Source: Perna viridis
Lineage: Eukaryota
Direction of reading: 5' to 3'
NCBI GenBank assembly: GCA_037379345.1
Contig: CM074513.1
Coordinates: forward strand, 34,096,885-34,160,884
DNA length: 64,000 nucleotides
How positions within the stretch are numbered: the stretch's first letter is position 1; each line of letters starts with the position of its first letter. The notes under the pieces are model-generated. The model did not search any database, had not been told where the DNA came from, and was given only the letters and a program-made list of their open reading frames with translations. Of the stretch, positions 54,801 through 63,548 are shown piece after piece. Made by a program: the position numbers and the translations under genes.

Positions 54801-57800
54801 TTGGACAAAGAGTTCCCCATCTATAAAATTTACTTAAATACCTGAATATTTGTAGGTTATATGAACATGTATTTAAAATGCTTTTTTGTATCCCACTACA
54901 GTGAGTTTTTTATTTTCTCATGGTTGCTTTGACATTATGTGCACATATGTACATTTTGTATCAGTTATGATAATGACTGTCTTCATCCTTGTTTTCAAGG
55001 TCCAGTCAAACTTTGTTTCTATACAAGAATTGTTGTACATGTATTGTAATTGTTGTAAAAGAAAACAAGGTAGCAATAATTCCAAAGTCCTGTATGTACT
55101 ACTGTACTAGTGCTGTTATCTTTTCAACAGAATCTTCTAATTTAAATCTATTTGTAGGAACCTTGAAGGTAACCCCTTTAATTGTAACTGTCACATGCGT
55201 TGGTTACCCGAATGGCTAAGTTCCAGGAACATTATTACTGGTAACCCCATATGTAATGCTCCTCATCAGTTTAAAGATTCTGCCATCTCAGATCTCAAAC
55301 CTAAAGACTTTATCTGTGAAGGTAAGTCAGCTTTGTACATCCTTCAGAGTAATGTTGCATATCAGTTAGAAGATTCCAATATCTCAATATATAGAAGAGT
55401 GCTTTAATTGTTTAGAATTACTTACAAGTAAGTCTTTTTCATTTAGAGATTCTCTACATTGTTGTTTAAGTAATCAACTTTTTCAATACCATATAGTTAT
55501 AGTTAAAATATGTACACAAATTTGACCAATTACTGCCAAACAAAAGAGCCAATAAAAATGAATAACTGGACAAATATAGACAAACAGGCTTAATAAACAA
55601 TAGTTCCATTACTGGAAAATAAGCAAAGCATTGTAACCTTGATGTGGGAATCTCACTTCAGCTTCCGTAGAAATATTAGTTCATATTCTGCAACCTGACC
55701 TCCTGAAAATATGATCCACATTAGCCATGTGTACTGTGATCTCATGCAGTCATTATTTTGGGGATTTAGAATCAACATTTTGAATTACTTATTTTTGTGG
55801 TTTGCTTGAATAACTTATCACTTTTGGAAGAAAAATTAATCTGAAAGTCAAATAAAAAGATATATAAGATTTTGAAACATTGCAATGGCAAACATTTTAT
55901 TGTAAATGTACAAAAATGATGTCACAAGGGAAACTTGACAAAATGGACCAATGATAGATGATTAAAACCAAGACAATCCTAACTCTTCCTAATATATCAA
56001 CAGTAGTTTCTGTAGGGGCATTTCTGGTAGAACTTTTTTGGTAGTAATATGACATTTTTGTTTTATAACAGAGGACACAGGCAGAGGTTGTAATATAGGA
56101 ATTCCTCCATGCTGTAGTGATGGCCCTTTAGGTAAGTTACATACTCTTATTACCCTACCGATGCACCTGATCCATGTCAATAGTTTTTAGTGGAGTCCAG
56201 GTAGCTCATTTACTTTTGTTTCTTTGTATGTGTTATTTTGGTTATGTTCTTTGTTGTGTGTCTATTTTCTCTGTCTAGTCTTTATCCTTGGAATATATTG
56301 TTTTGATTTTGGCTCAAAACTTGGTTCCCTTGATTACTTTCTGTCTGAAATTCAGTCCATTGAATATGTTATGCTGTTAATCAAGAAACCACTTTGTGTG
56401 TAGTGCCCTTTACTCAGAAATATGAGTGTTGATTAATAAGTACAAGTTTTATGTGAAATTATAACAAGAATAGGTATGGTGTATATGTCAAAGAGGTAAC
56501 CCCACCACAATGAAAATGTCAGCCCTGTGAGGCTACTTAAGGTTATTTTTTCAAAAATACCCTTTGGAAATTGAAGACATTTTCTTTAAAATAAGAGAGT
56601 TAATTTACTAAGACTTGGTGTACCAGTACTTTTGTTTGCTGTGATATAAAATAAATCATGTTGTAGATTGTCAATCAACATTTCATGCAAGAATATTAAT
56701 TTTATGGGAGAAAAAAATACTCTGTTTGTATGAGAAATAGTATATCTGGAAATGACTACCATTAAATAGGCTGACTTACTTACCAATGTATATATATATA
56801 GATAATAACATTAATGTGTACACTAATGGTCTGTGTTAGTTTGTGACCTAATGGTATCAGTTTAATGTTTTGTTTATACCACTTGGACATCCATGTAATG
56901 TTTTACAAATATGCTAACACCTCTCCTTTTTATGAATCATCACCATTGAAAGAAAATAAGGAAAACATGTAGAAATGATTAACTCATTCTGACTAAACTG
57001 TCCCTCTTGTACAAAAAAAATGTGGTTTTGACTTTGTCTCAGTTCTTTATTTATCAGACAACTGGATTTTGCACGTAATCAGTATGTCTTGAAAGGCATG
57101 AATGATATACTGAACGTAGAGCATTAAAAGTTGAGAAAGCTTATTAAAGTGTAAAGAGAATAATTGCTATACCCTTTTCTCCAATGTTTTGGGAAGTATA
57201 TAGAAATAGAAGTCAGTCTGTCTGTCCACACATCTCTTAAGCACATTAAATGTGCTTCCTCCCAAACCTCTCAAAGAATTTTTAAAATAATTTGATAAAA
57301 AGATTGGGCATTATATGTAGATGTGCTTGAAAGTAAAGAATTATGGTCAGAAACCTGCAATGTGAGATAATCTAACCGAAGGCCTTTACACAAGTAAAAT
57401 CCAAGTGAGTTGTGTTTGGATATTTTTAGCTTGTTCACTGTATTTGTAGTTTATGTAACTTTAGCACCAGAGCCTGGTTTCAAATATTGTTTTTATCTTT
57501 ATGTTTACAGCGTCAGTTGACAGTTGTCATCCTAGAGCCTATTGCCCCCCAAATTGTACCTGTACAGGTACTGTAGTCAGATGTAGCCGACAGAATCTGA
57601 AGACTGTGCCATCTGGTATACCTCAGGATACTACCGAGCTGTATGTTTTTATAATCTTCAACACATGAATGAAAATATAAAGTTTCTTGTGCAATGAATT
57701 TTACTTTTTAAAAGTTAAATAAAAAAAGCAAAATTGACAGTGTATTATGAGATGCACATAGCAGCTCATGGGTGGCTTTTAGGTAAATTTCAGTTGTTGC

Positions 57801-60800
57801 AGCTGTTTATGACTAAATCAAGTTTATAAATGTCATTTTTTTAATGCATTGTACTCTATTTTTAGTTTTATGATGTAATATAAATATTTTCCCTACCCTA
57901 TAGTGTAGTCTTCTTTATGCTTAATAAATTGGATATTTTATGACATTGTTTATTTTTTATTACATTCTATCTCCTCTTTAATGTACCACATAGACAGTAT
58001 TATTTAAATGTAGGGATATACGGAAGCTGAGAGTGGACACAAAAAACAATGGAATTATTTTTTTTTAATTCGAAATCACGATAAAACAGTACCGTTATCT
58101 TGAGATCTTGATAAAAATATAAATCATTATCGCGATAAAACAAATCTGTTATATCGAGATCTCGGATTATTAAATCGAGATCTCCATTTATTATATCGTT
58201 ATCTCCAGATAACAATTTATTTTTTATCGAAATCTTGAGATAACGGTACTGTTTTATCAAGATAATGATATAATAAATCGAGATCTCGAAATAATAATCC
58301 GAGATCTTGATATAACAGATTCGTTTTATCAATATATCGATTTATTTTTTATTGAGATCTCGAGATAACAGTACTGTTTTATTGAGGTTATGATATAATA
58401 AATGGAGATCTCGATATAATAGATTCGTTTTATCGAGATAACAATTTATTTTATATCGAGAACTCCATAAAACGAATCTATTATATCGAGATCTCGAGAT
58501 AACAATTTATTTTATATCGAGATCTCGAGATAATGTTATAATAAATAGAGATCTCGAAATAATAATCCAAGGTCTCGATATAACAGATTCGTTTTATCGA
58601 GATAATGATTTATCTTTTATCGAGATCTCGAGATAGCAGTACTGTTTTATCAAGATAACGATATAATAAATTGAGGCCCCGATATAACAAATCGAGATCT
58701 CGATATAACAGGTTCGTTTTATCGAGATAACGATTTATCTTTTATCAAGATCTCGAGAAAACGGTACTGTGACATGTACATGATCTCGAATTAAAACAAA
58801 TTTTTTCATTGTTTTTTGTGTCCCCTCTTGGCTTCCGTAAGGGATATAATTTGAGCAACACTGGAAAATGTATCCTGGCTGTCAATTAAATGGTTATTTT
58901 GTAATTTGAAGTGAACAACTAGGTAATGAAAAAGTAATATGATTGTTTAAATTGGAGAAGGGTTTGGTAAGAAAATTGTCCCTCCGAGAATGTAATCACC
59001 CACACACTATATAGTATTGTGGAGTGTAGATAGTATTCCCCAACTTCAACTCATTCGTATTATTATTTTTAATTGCTTCTTTTAAATTTGTATATTGCTA
59101 TTTTTTCTTCAGGTATTTAGATGTGAACAACATCACCCATCTGACATCAGAATTGGGATCCCTCACCAACCTCAGGCGGCTGTAAGTATATTATAGGATT
59201 TGTAGCTTTAGCAAAAACATATCAACCTCTAAAAATCGTTTGTCTTTTAATTATTGTTAAATTATTGTTTATTTTCTGTATCTTCTTTGAAACAATCAAG
59301 AAATGTTAAAAGAAATTACCCAACTGACAGTATCAGGTTAGAGATAAGTCATCCTTGAACTAGCACTTTCTTTATTTGAATTTGTATTACATGTACAATA
59401 ACTCTCTCATTTTTTCTTCTTTCAATGCCTTTATATTACAATGAATATTTAAGTATCGGTCATTGTAAGAATTATGTAAATTCTGCAATATGTGATGCAC
59501 CCCAAAAAAGGCTTCACATTTTTATTTTTTAACTTGTTTTATGGGTCTTTATTATGAAATGTACAATTAATCATTTCAATCTGTCTTAGGAGATAATCCA
59601 CATAGAAAATCCAATTATTTCTATTATATTTTGGTGTCATTCCTTAATTTTGACTTCTTCAGTACATTCCATATAATTTTTATCTCCCAAGAACATAGGT
59701 TATATGAAAAATCGCATATTACTTTCTGTTAATAAAATTTTAAACAAAATACCAAAAATAAAAATATGTAGGCTTTCAACTATGAATAACATTTTGCATG
59801 ATTCTTATCTGGAATACTATTTAAACAGTGTTTTATATTTATAGAGACTTAAGCAACAATTTACTGGTCACTTTACCACAGAATATATTCAGCAACTGTA
59901 CACAGCTTACTGCATTGTAAGTATAATAAATTTGTTTATCACTTATAAATGTTTTTGTACAACTGTGTTTGATGACTTTTGAACCTAATCAGAATTGATC
60001 GAAACCTAAAAATGAGTAGTTAATGGTGAAAGTTTTCTGTACTTGGAGATACATGTATATGTGTGCTTGGAGGTACATGTATATGTGTTATGTTCTTTAT
60101 ACATGATATTGAAGTCAATTATGTTTTCAATTTTAGAATACTGAGTTACAATCATTTAGAATGTATGGCAGACACTACACTGTCTTCCTTGAAGAGGCTA
60201 AGAGTTCTGTAAGTCATGTATAATTCATAGTTGTACCATTGAATAAAACCTGTTGAAAGAGGTGGCAAGAAAGATAACTCAGTAACGTAACGGAACACAT
60301 TGTTTCCCTGCAAATACCAACCAAAGATTATGATTTGCTCATTTTTGCCAAAAATTTTACACAAAATTAACAAAAAAAATTTCAACATGGAAAGGGGATC
60401 CTACCCGTGGATCTGCCAATGTTCTATCATGCCTGATGGAAAATGGTTATTCTAATTTTAACACAGTTCTTGTGGAAATGCTCATCCATTTACCTTAATT
60501 TCTATACCTATTAAGTTTGAATGTATACTTGATCTAATGTGCTTAAAATGAAAATTGCTCTTGTGAAACATTTGAGTTATTTTTTCTTTTGCAGGTCTTT
60601 ACACGGTAACAACTTCTCCACTATTCCTTATGGAGCTTTCAAGGACCTGATCTCCCTCACTCATTTGTAAGCTTTTTTTAAAAACCTGATATTCAATTCA
60701 TGTAATTTTTACGAGGTTTTACACTGAACAGCTTTTGAAGGTTTGGAACTTCTTTCACAAACTTTGAAGAGGTGATTCATTACTGAAACTAGAAAAAGAA

Positions 60801-63491
60801 ATTTAATGTGTAGTTGATGGAATGTCACACAAATTAAAATTTTATGTGGACTATTTCTATCAATTCTCATCATTTTCCATTCTAATTTCTTGATTATATG
60901 TTTTAGGGCACTAGGTGGAAATCCCCTACACTGTGACTGTAACTTAAAATGGCTGTCCGACTATATAAAGAAGGACTATGTGGAATCAGGAATAGCTTCA
61001 TGTGCAGGACCTCCCAAAATGATGAACAAGCTTATACTTACTACTGACTCAACTGCATTCCAGTGTAATAGTAAGTTTTTATTTTCTAATGGAAAAAATG
61101 TTTACCTTAAGGAGGTAGACCTAGGGTAGGGGGCATAGCTATTGAAATCAATGGTATGTTTGAATCATATTCAATTCACCAAAGCCTATCAAGCTTTCAT
61201 TTGAATCAGAATGAAATCAGTCCATGTTTCTTTGATGCTTACATGAGATTGATGTAAATTGCTGAATACAAATGTTCCAATGATTTATAAGAGTTGTGTC
61301 CCTTACCCTAGTTCTTCCTCCTTATGAGTCTGGTTGAATCTAAGATTCTTTCCTTCATGTACAGCCTTAAATATTTGTAGCTGAATAAGAATTCTAGAAG
61401 CAGTTCTATGAGAAAAATGATTGAAATTGACTGTTCAGGCTAGTAGCTGAAAAAAGTTTATTGCACAGTCTGTATAGTATTATGAACATTTAATGAATTG
61501 CTTGAAATTATTTTATCTAGACAAGGATGATTCCGGGCTTCTAAGTAAATGTAATGCTTGTCACAAGAATCCCTGTCAACATCAAGGCACCTGTCAACTG
61601 ATGGACTTCAAAAACTTCACCTGTATTTGTACACCTGGTTACTATGGGGAAACCTGTCAACATGAAATCAATGCCTGTTTTGGCAATCCTTGCCTGAATC
61701 AAGGTGCCTGTGAAGATATTGAACATGGGAGATTTAAGTAAGTGGAAAAGTTATTTTATGTTTAATTTTTGATGAAGAAAATTAGTTTACAAGTAGTTTT
61801 TAATAGTTTTGCTAGGTTGAAGTTAATCAGCATTGCAGTATTTTTTGGTTTTATTTTGGTTGAAGTTAATGTAAATATATACATAAACATGGTGCTTAGT
61901 GGTGTCTACACATCTTTTATAACATTGATTACTGTGATGGGACTTTTATTCGTGGGCACCAATTTTCGTTGTTTAGGGAATAAATATTAGTTGGATTCTT
62001 GAATTCATATATTTGAACTCTATCAAACAAATGAATAGGAAATTTCCTTTTCCTTGGGAACCAAATTTCTTTGTTTACCAAACCCATGAAAACCACAAAA
62101 ATTGGTACCCCACAAACAATAATACTTTCACAGTACATGTAATTACTATTTTTAATTTGCACACATTGATAAAATAAGCATTATTTGTAGATGCTTTGAA
62201 TCATTCGTTTTTTGTTGTTTGAATTGATAATTATCTTTTTTGCACAGTTAATTGCATCACAAAATCACAAAAAGCACAATGATGTTCAATTCATGAAGCA
62301 ACTACACAAACTGTAACAGTTCAAATTAACAGTCTTTGGTACTATTATCTTTATGTGACCTATATATAATGATTTTGTAACCATTACATTGATATTTGTA
62401 GGTGTACTTGCCAGCCTGGTTTCCGTGGATTGAGATGTGAAGAGAACATTAATGACTGTCATGGACATAGATGTCAAAACAATGCTACATGTGTTGATGG
62501 TGTACAGACTTACACATGTAGATGTGCTCCAGGCTTCATGGGTTAGTTTTGATGGACTATTATTTGTATAAAGTATTCATTTTTAATTATGGTTATAAGT
62601 CACTATACTCGGCGTCACATAAATAACATACTGTTAAAATTTGAATTAAAATATTTTCTACGACTTTATTGACACCAACCGTCGTTTAAATTGTCTTAAA
62701 TGACTTGCTCATTCGTTTAGCCAAACAGCTTCTCAAAAACAAGTCGCTTATTAGCTTAAATCATGCGTAACAAATCCTTACGGGAAAATCCCATACTAAT
62801 ATCTGCCATGTTGGTTTTTACGGGACGATTTGTTTACAAACGAAGTTCGTAAGTTCCCGTCGAACTCCGGTGACAATCGTCTGCTTGATCAACTTCTCGG
62901 TATTGTACGTTGTTCGCGTAAAATAAATCCGAGATATCCGAAATAACGCCGAAGTACATTCTGGGTTCTTCGGTTTTTGGACAAACCATTTAAACGTAAA
63001 CAACATCTCCTAGCAACCCGATCACTGTAAACATGGCCGACTTTTTACAATGTAAATATTGGCTCCTAGAATTAAAATCTGACCGGAATTTAACGATTCA
63101 ATGTTTAGGGAGAAGCCGTTTGGCTAAACGAATGAGCAAGTCATTTAAGACAATTTAAACGACGGTAGGTGTCAATAAAGTCGTAGAAAATATTTTTATT
63201 CAAATTTTAACAGTATGTTATTTATGTGACGCCGACTATAGATCATATTAATAGTTATTGGGATGATTGGATTGTTAACATACATTTTCTGTAATGTGTT
63301 TAATTCCAAAAGTAAACATATTTCATGTCCATGTAAGTAGGAGTATCTGAATATACAGTATTGTTAATGTTTTACACTATTTTCTTTCTTTTTTCAGGCA
63401 AACATTGTGAAAATAAGATTCCATATTGTAAAGGAGCCTACAATTTCTGTCTGAATGGTGCTACTTGTATCAACCTAGAATATGACTATAG
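6684..63491 (+). CDS. slit: Slit homolog (secreted LRR/EGF Robo ligand); 32 coding exons in window, 3' end beyond window
   Basis: 32 exons, all with GT-AG boundaries and matching phases, splice into an open 3209-nt frame. The protein has a signal peptide, four LRRNT-LRR-LRRCT domains, then EGF repeats. Slit-diagnostic D2 motifs are present ([51 protein letters not shown]). Confidence 0.97.
7730..7801 (+). CDS. slit: slit exon 2 (D1 LRR)
   Basis: 72 bp, cag|...|gtaagt; [23 protein letters not shown]. Confidence 0.95.
8927..8998 (+). CDS. slit: slit exon 3 (D1 LRR)
   Basis: 72 bp; [23 protein letters not shown]. Confidence 0.96.
9863..10311 (+). repeat. Imperfect tandem duplication (~235-bp period) of the 3' end of intron 3
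   Basis: 9891-10065 aligns with 10137-10303; the last 37 nt are identical. Confidence 0.9.
10312..10383 (+). CDS. slit: slit exon 4 (D1 LRR)
   Basis: 72 bp; [23 protein letters not shown]. Confidence 0.95.
12989..13141 (+). mobile_element. Short MITE-like element (CAGTGGCGGATCC-type termini), copy 1
   Basis: Imperfect TIRs CAGGGGCAGATCC / GGATTTGCCACTG; inverted homolog at 14819-14970. Confidence 0.8.
14579..14660. repeat. 27-bp tandem repeat, ~3 copies
   Basis: Unit TAAATGTATTACATGTAACTTWTTCCA. Confidence 0.85.
14819..14970 (-). mobile_element. Short MITE-like element, copy 2 (inverted, one end lost)
   Basis: Reverse complement aligns with 12989-13141 (shared GAAAATTTGTCATTTTCATGTGTAAA and CTGAGGAACCCT). 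Confidence 0.8.
25814..26090. repeat. 36-bp minisatellite, ~7.5 copies
   Basis: Unit GTTTTGATGCATCCATACAGGCCTGAATATTTCCTG; explains the three overlapping 12-aa-repeat ORFs. Confidence 0.95.
30797..31013. mobile_element. 217-bp MITE with perfect 15-bp TIRs and a 5-bp TSD
   Basis: CAGTGTTCTAGGATT ... AATCCTAGAACACTG, flanked by CATGA on both sides. Confidence 0.9.
33393..33464 (+). CDS. slit: slit exon 5 (D1 LRR)
   Basis: 72 bp, follows a 23-kb intron; [23 protein letters not shown]. Confidence 0.94.
33798..33947. mobile_element. Degenerate MITE-like element with CAGTGG(C)GGATCC-type terminus
   Basis: Starts CAGTGGGGGATCCAG; G/C-run-rich interior; decayed right end. Confidence 0.5.
35860..35931 (+). 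CDS. slit: slit exon 6 (D1 LRR with Cys)
   Basis: 72 bp; [23 protein letters not shown]. Confidence 0.95.
36198..36269 (+). CDS. slit: slit exon 7 (D1 LRR)
   Basis: 72 bp; [23 protein letters not shown]. Confidence 0.95.
38624..38787 (+). CDS. slit: slit exon 8 (D1 LRRCT)
   Basis: 164 bp; [20 protein letters not shown]...TECNAPSHL...FQCQ; donor G|gtatcg. Confidence 0.95.
39514..39655 (+). CDS. slit: slit exon 9 (D1-D2 linker + D2 LRRNT)
   Basis: 142 bp; [46 protein letters not shown]; of the two AG acceptors examined, only the one at 39512-39513 keeps frame. Confidence 0.92.
39781..40096 (+). repeat. Dispersed repeat resembling an abundant mytilid element
   Basis: Motifs GAAGATGTGGTATGGTTGCCAATGAGACA, ACCACTGGACTACAGGTTCCTG, GGGTTAAACATGTT and TAACCTGGAACAGT occur in the order I recall from mussel genomes; single copy in this window. 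Confidence 0.6.
41734..41805 (+). CDS. slit: slit exon 10 (D2 LRR)
   Basis: 72 bp; [23 protein letters not shown]. Confidence 0.96.
42158..42457. mobile_element. Decayed MITE-like element containing a 48-bp tandem repeat (42287-42451, ~3.5 copies)
   Basis: The tandem unit is clear; termini AGTGTAAACTTGGAAAT / ATTTCCACATTGGCAGTA are only imperfectly inverted. Confidence 0.55.
44246..44851. repeat. 27-bp minisatellite, ~22 copies, with ~108-bp higher-order periodicity
   Basis: Unit AATTTCTTGTATGTAAGCCCCTCTCTC; explains the 9-aa-repeat ORFs. Confidence 0.96.
46795..46866 (+). CDS. slit: slit exon 11 (D2 LRR)
   Basis: 72 bp; [23 protein letters not shown]. Confidence 0.96.
47078..47149 (+). 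CDS. slit: slit exon 12 (D2 LRR)
   Basis: 72 bp; [23 protein letters not shown]. Confidence 0.96.
47431..47502 (+). CDS. slit: slit exon 13 (D2 LRR with Cys)
   Basis: 72 bp; [23 protein letters not shown]. Confidence 0.96.
47958..48029 (+). CDS. slit: slit exon 14 (D2 LRR)
   Basis: 72 bp; [23 protein letters not shown]. Confidence 0.96.
48358..48521 (+). CDS. slit: slit exon 15 (D2 LRRCT with basic patch)
   Basis: 164 bp; [54 protein letters not shown]. Confidence 0.96.
49109..49259 (+). CDS. slit: slit exon 16 (D2-D3 linker + D3 LRRNT)
   Basis: 151 bp; [49 protein letters not shown]. Confidence 0.95.
49368..49625 (+). mobile_element. SINE-like dispersed repeat, copy 1
   Basis: Inverted homolog at 56150-56341; carries a CCACTAAAAAC...CAGGTGCACCGGTAGGGTAAGC motif I recall as common in bivalve repeats. 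Confidence 0.8.
50391..50468 (+). CDS. slit: slit exon 17 (D3 LRR)
   Basis: 78 bp; [25 protein letters not shown]. Confidence 0.94.
51311..51382 (+). CDS. slit: slit exon 18 (D3 LRR)
   Basis: 72 bp; [23 protein letters not shown]. Confidence 0.95.
51834..51905 (+). CDS. slit: slit exon 19 (D3 LRR)
   Basis: 72 bp; [23 protein letters not shown]. Confidence 0.95.
52797..52868 (+). CDS. slit: slit exon 20 (D3 LRR with Cys)
   Basis: 72 bp; [23 protein letters not shown]. Confidence 0.95.
53330..53401 (+). CDS. slit: slit exon 21 (D3 LRR with second Cys)
   Basis: 72 bp; [23 protein letters not shown]. Confidence 0.95.
55158..55321 (+). CDS. slit: slit exon 22 (D3 LRRCT)
   Basis: 164 bp; [54 protein letters not shown]. 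Confidence 0.95.
56072..56131 (+). CDS. slit: slit exon 23: extra 60-bp Cys-rich D3-D4 linker exon
   Basis: tttttgttttataacag| acceptor and AG|gtaagt donor; phase 1-1, stop-free in frame, GC-richer than flanks; [20 protein letters not shown]. Confidence 0.8.
56150..56341 (-). mobile_element. SINE-like dispersed repeat, copy 2 (inverted, truncated)
   Basis: Reverse complement aligns with 49368-49566 (GAAAGTAATCAAGGGAACCAAG, ACAAAAGTAAATGAGC, GACTCCACTAAAAACT, GGTAGGGTAA). Confidence 0.85.
57511..57640 (+). CDS. slit: slit exon 24 (linker + D4 LRRNT)
   Basis: 130 bp; [42 protein letters not shown]. Confidence 0.95.
58019..58839. mobile_element. Foldback-type non-autonomous DNA transposon with an internal ~120-bp palindrome-rich array
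   Basis: TIRs TACGGAAGC...GGACACAAAAAACAATG / CATTGTTTTTTGTGTCC...GCTTCCGTA; AGGGATA duplicated on both flanks; many CGAGATCTCG palindromes. Confidence 0.92.
59113..59181 (+). CDS. slit: slit exon 25 (D4 LRR)
   Basis: 69 bp; [22 protein letters not shown]. Confidence 0.95.
59845..59916 (+). CDS. slit: slit exon 26 (D4 LRR)
   Basis: 72 bp; [23 protein letters not shown]. Confidence 0.95.
60137..60208 (+). CDS. slit: slit exon 27 (D4 LRR with Cys)
   Basis: 72 bp; [23 protein letters not shown]. Confidence 0.95.
60595..60666 (+). CDS. slit: slit exon 28 (D4 LRR)
   Basis: 72 bp; [23 protein letters not shown]. Confidence 0.96.
60907..61070 (+). CDS. slit: slit exon 29 (D4 LRRCT)
   Basis: 164 bp; [35 protein letters not shown]...FQCN. 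Confidence 0.96.
61521..61737 (+). CDS. slit: slit exon 30 (linker, EGF1, most of EGF2)
   Basis: 217 bp; [24 protein letters not shown]...[12 protein letters not shown]...[14 protein letters not shown]. Confidence 0.96.
61930..62135. mobile_element. ~200-bp TA-flanked MITE (Tc1/mariner-like ends)
   Basis: TACTGTGA ... TCACAGTA termini; subterminal inverted GTGGGCACCAATTTT / AAAATTGGTACCCCAC. Confidence 0.8.
62402..62541 (+). CDS. slit: slit exon 31 (end of EGF2, Ca-binding-type EGF3)
   Basis: 140 bp; [46 protein letters not shown]. Confidence 0.96.
62606..63238. mobile_element. 633-bp MITE with 129-bp TIRs in a TA context
   Basis: 62606-62734 is the reverse complement of 63110-63238 with 4 mismatches; TA on both flanks; CpG-rich; no transposase ORF. 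Confidence 0.95.
63398..63491 (+). CDS. slit: slit exon 32 (end of EGF3, start of EGF4)
   Basis: 94 bp; [30 protein letters not shown]; donor AG|gtagga. Confidence 0.95.
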
Positions 63492-63548
63492 GTAGGACTT
63501 TAGAATTAATACTTTATACATGTATATGTAGAAACTGGAGTGCTTCAT

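Noticed and set aside
58000-58332. 110-aa ORF as a transposase remnant
   Set aside because: Low-complexity translation of the internal repeat array; no DDE motifs.
59845-59916. Extra Cys in D4 (FSNCTQL) as a dimer-linking residue
   Set aside because: It occupies a consensus hydrophobic-core LRR position, so it is probably buried.
60521-60540. CTTGATCTAA, a 10-nt match to miR-218, which vertebrate SLIT2/3 introns host
   Set aside because: The seed does not match, no complementary arm is visible, the intron is not the homologous one, and the family is not expected in molluscs.
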